A stretch of DNA of 64,000 bases, from assembly GCA_038087875.1 (NCBI GenBank), contig JAXLNO010000028.1, positions 1-64,000 of the forward strand, in the 5' to 3' direction. This document shows, in pieces, positions 62,629 to 64,000 of the stretch (its first letter is position 1; the number at the start of each line of letters is the position of its first letter). The DNA is from Malacoraja senta (taxonomy: Eukaryota). Under the pieces are notes generated by a model. That model was not told the origin of the DNA, ran no database searches, and saw nothing but the letters and a program-made list of their open reading frames with translations. The translations under genes and the position numbers were made by a program.

Positions 62629-63140
62629 TATATATATATATATATATTACTAAAACACTCATCTTGTTTGTTTCTATCTATCTATCTATGCGTGCGTATG
62701 TGCACCCGGAATAACGCCAAAACAGTACACGTTAGCGCTGAATTGTTTTGCACCACCTTACTCACCATTGTTCTGTGGTTGCTTGTGTCAAGTTTCGTTC
62801 AGATTGATGTCATATTTCACAAGTTATTGACATTTTAAAAAAAATTAAAAACCCACTTTGAGAACAATAACTTGGCAGTTTGTGTGGCAGCTGCTGGGAG
62901 ATTTTGGCAGTTTCCAGCTATGACGTCACAATGCAATCTCATTTACATAAGCTGCCGTGAAGAGTCCTTCAGCCAATCAACAGTGTTCCACCCGGTTCAA
63001 TGAGAAATTTGTTGTTGTAAAGAGAGAGATGGAGGGAGTGGGGAGGGGAAGAGAAGAAATGTTATTTAACATTGTGTTTAGTGGGGGAGTGCAATAGGGG
63101 ACAGGTGAGGGAGGGAGTGACTGAGGGTAGGGAAAATGAG
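62629..63140 (+). mobile_element. Second, head-to-tail Helitron-like copy cut by a CR1 insertion
   Basis: Repeats tatattactaaaacactcatcttgtttgtttctatc and gtgtcaagtttcgttcagattgatg directly after the CTAG of the first copy. Confidence 0.7.
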
Positions 63141-63143
63141 AGG

Positions 63144-64000
63144 CAAAGGCAAAACAGTTATAATGGGTGACTTCAATCTACATATAGATTGGGCGAATCA
63201 AATTGGCAGGGGTGCTGAGGAAGAGGATTTCTTGGAATGTATGCGGGTTAGTTATCTAAACCAACATGTAGAGGAACCAACGAGAGTGCAGGCTATTCTA
63301 GACTGGGTATTGAGTAATGAGGAAGGGCTAGTTAGCAGTCTTGTTATGCGTGCCTCCTTGGGCAAGAGTGGCCATAATATGGTTGAGTTCTTCATTAGGA
63401 TGGAGAGTAACATTGTTAATTCAGAAACAATGGTTCTGAACTTAAAGGTAACTTTGAGGGTATGAGACGTGAATTGGCCAAGATTGACTGGCAATTAGTT
63501 CTAAAAGGGTTGACGGTGGATATGCAATGGAAGGCATTTAAAGACTGCATGGATGAACTACAAAAATTGTTCATCCCAGTTTGGCAAAAGAATAAATCAG
63601 GGAAGGTAGTGCATCCGTGGATAACAAGGGAAATCAGGGATAGTATCAAAGCAAAAGATGATGCGTACAAATTAGCCAGAAAAAGCAGCATACCAGAGGA
63701 CTGGGAGAAATTCAGAGACCAGCAGAGGAGGACAAAGGGCTTAATTAGGAAAGGGAAAATAGATTATGACAGAAAACTGGCAGGGAACATAAAAACTGAC
63801 TGCAAAAGTTTTTATACATATGTGAAGAGAAAGAGATTAGTTAAAACAAATGTAGGTCCCTTGCAGTCAGAAACAGGTGAATTGATCATGGGGAACAAGG
63901 ATATGGCGGACCAATTGAATAACTACTTTGGTTCCGTCTTCACTAAGGAAGACATAAATAATCTGCCGGAAATAGCAGGGGACCGGGGGTCAAATGAGAT
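63144..64000 (+). mobile_element. 5'-truncated CR1 family B copy running off the window end
   Basis: Near-identical to 6613-7475, with a 4-bp deletion near 63446. Confidence 0.92.

Noticed and set aside
36421..64000. Upstream ACSBG2 exon (YGMSE..GPH motif)
   Set aside because: Not found by eye or in the ORF track; it probably lies beyond the window.

Overview
Vertebrate genomic DNA, most likely a cartilaginous fish (skate/ray/shark; inferred from the repeat families only). The only host gene is the 3' part of an ACSBG2-like bubblegum-family long-chain acyl-CoA ligase on the minus strand: four phase-compatible coding exons at 36420-36203, 28666-28527, 14500-14254 and 11318-11236. No upstream exon was found in the window. 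The rest is largely nested transposable elements: two CR1 families, including one full-length in-frame recombinant of the two; two L1s; a class I endogenous retrovirus with a tRNA-Ser PBS that hosts a Gypsy element and four CR1 pieces; a complete DIRS element (ITRs, ICR, methyltransferase-like domain, tyrosine recombinase) split by an L1; and Helitron-like, hAT, PIF/Harbinger, Rex/Babar and tRNA-SINE copies. There is also a family of short Penelope-like repeats carrying a minimal hammerhead ribozyme core, two of them with 12-bp target-site duplications. No prokaryotic features are present. All calls were read by eye and were not confirmed by database searches.
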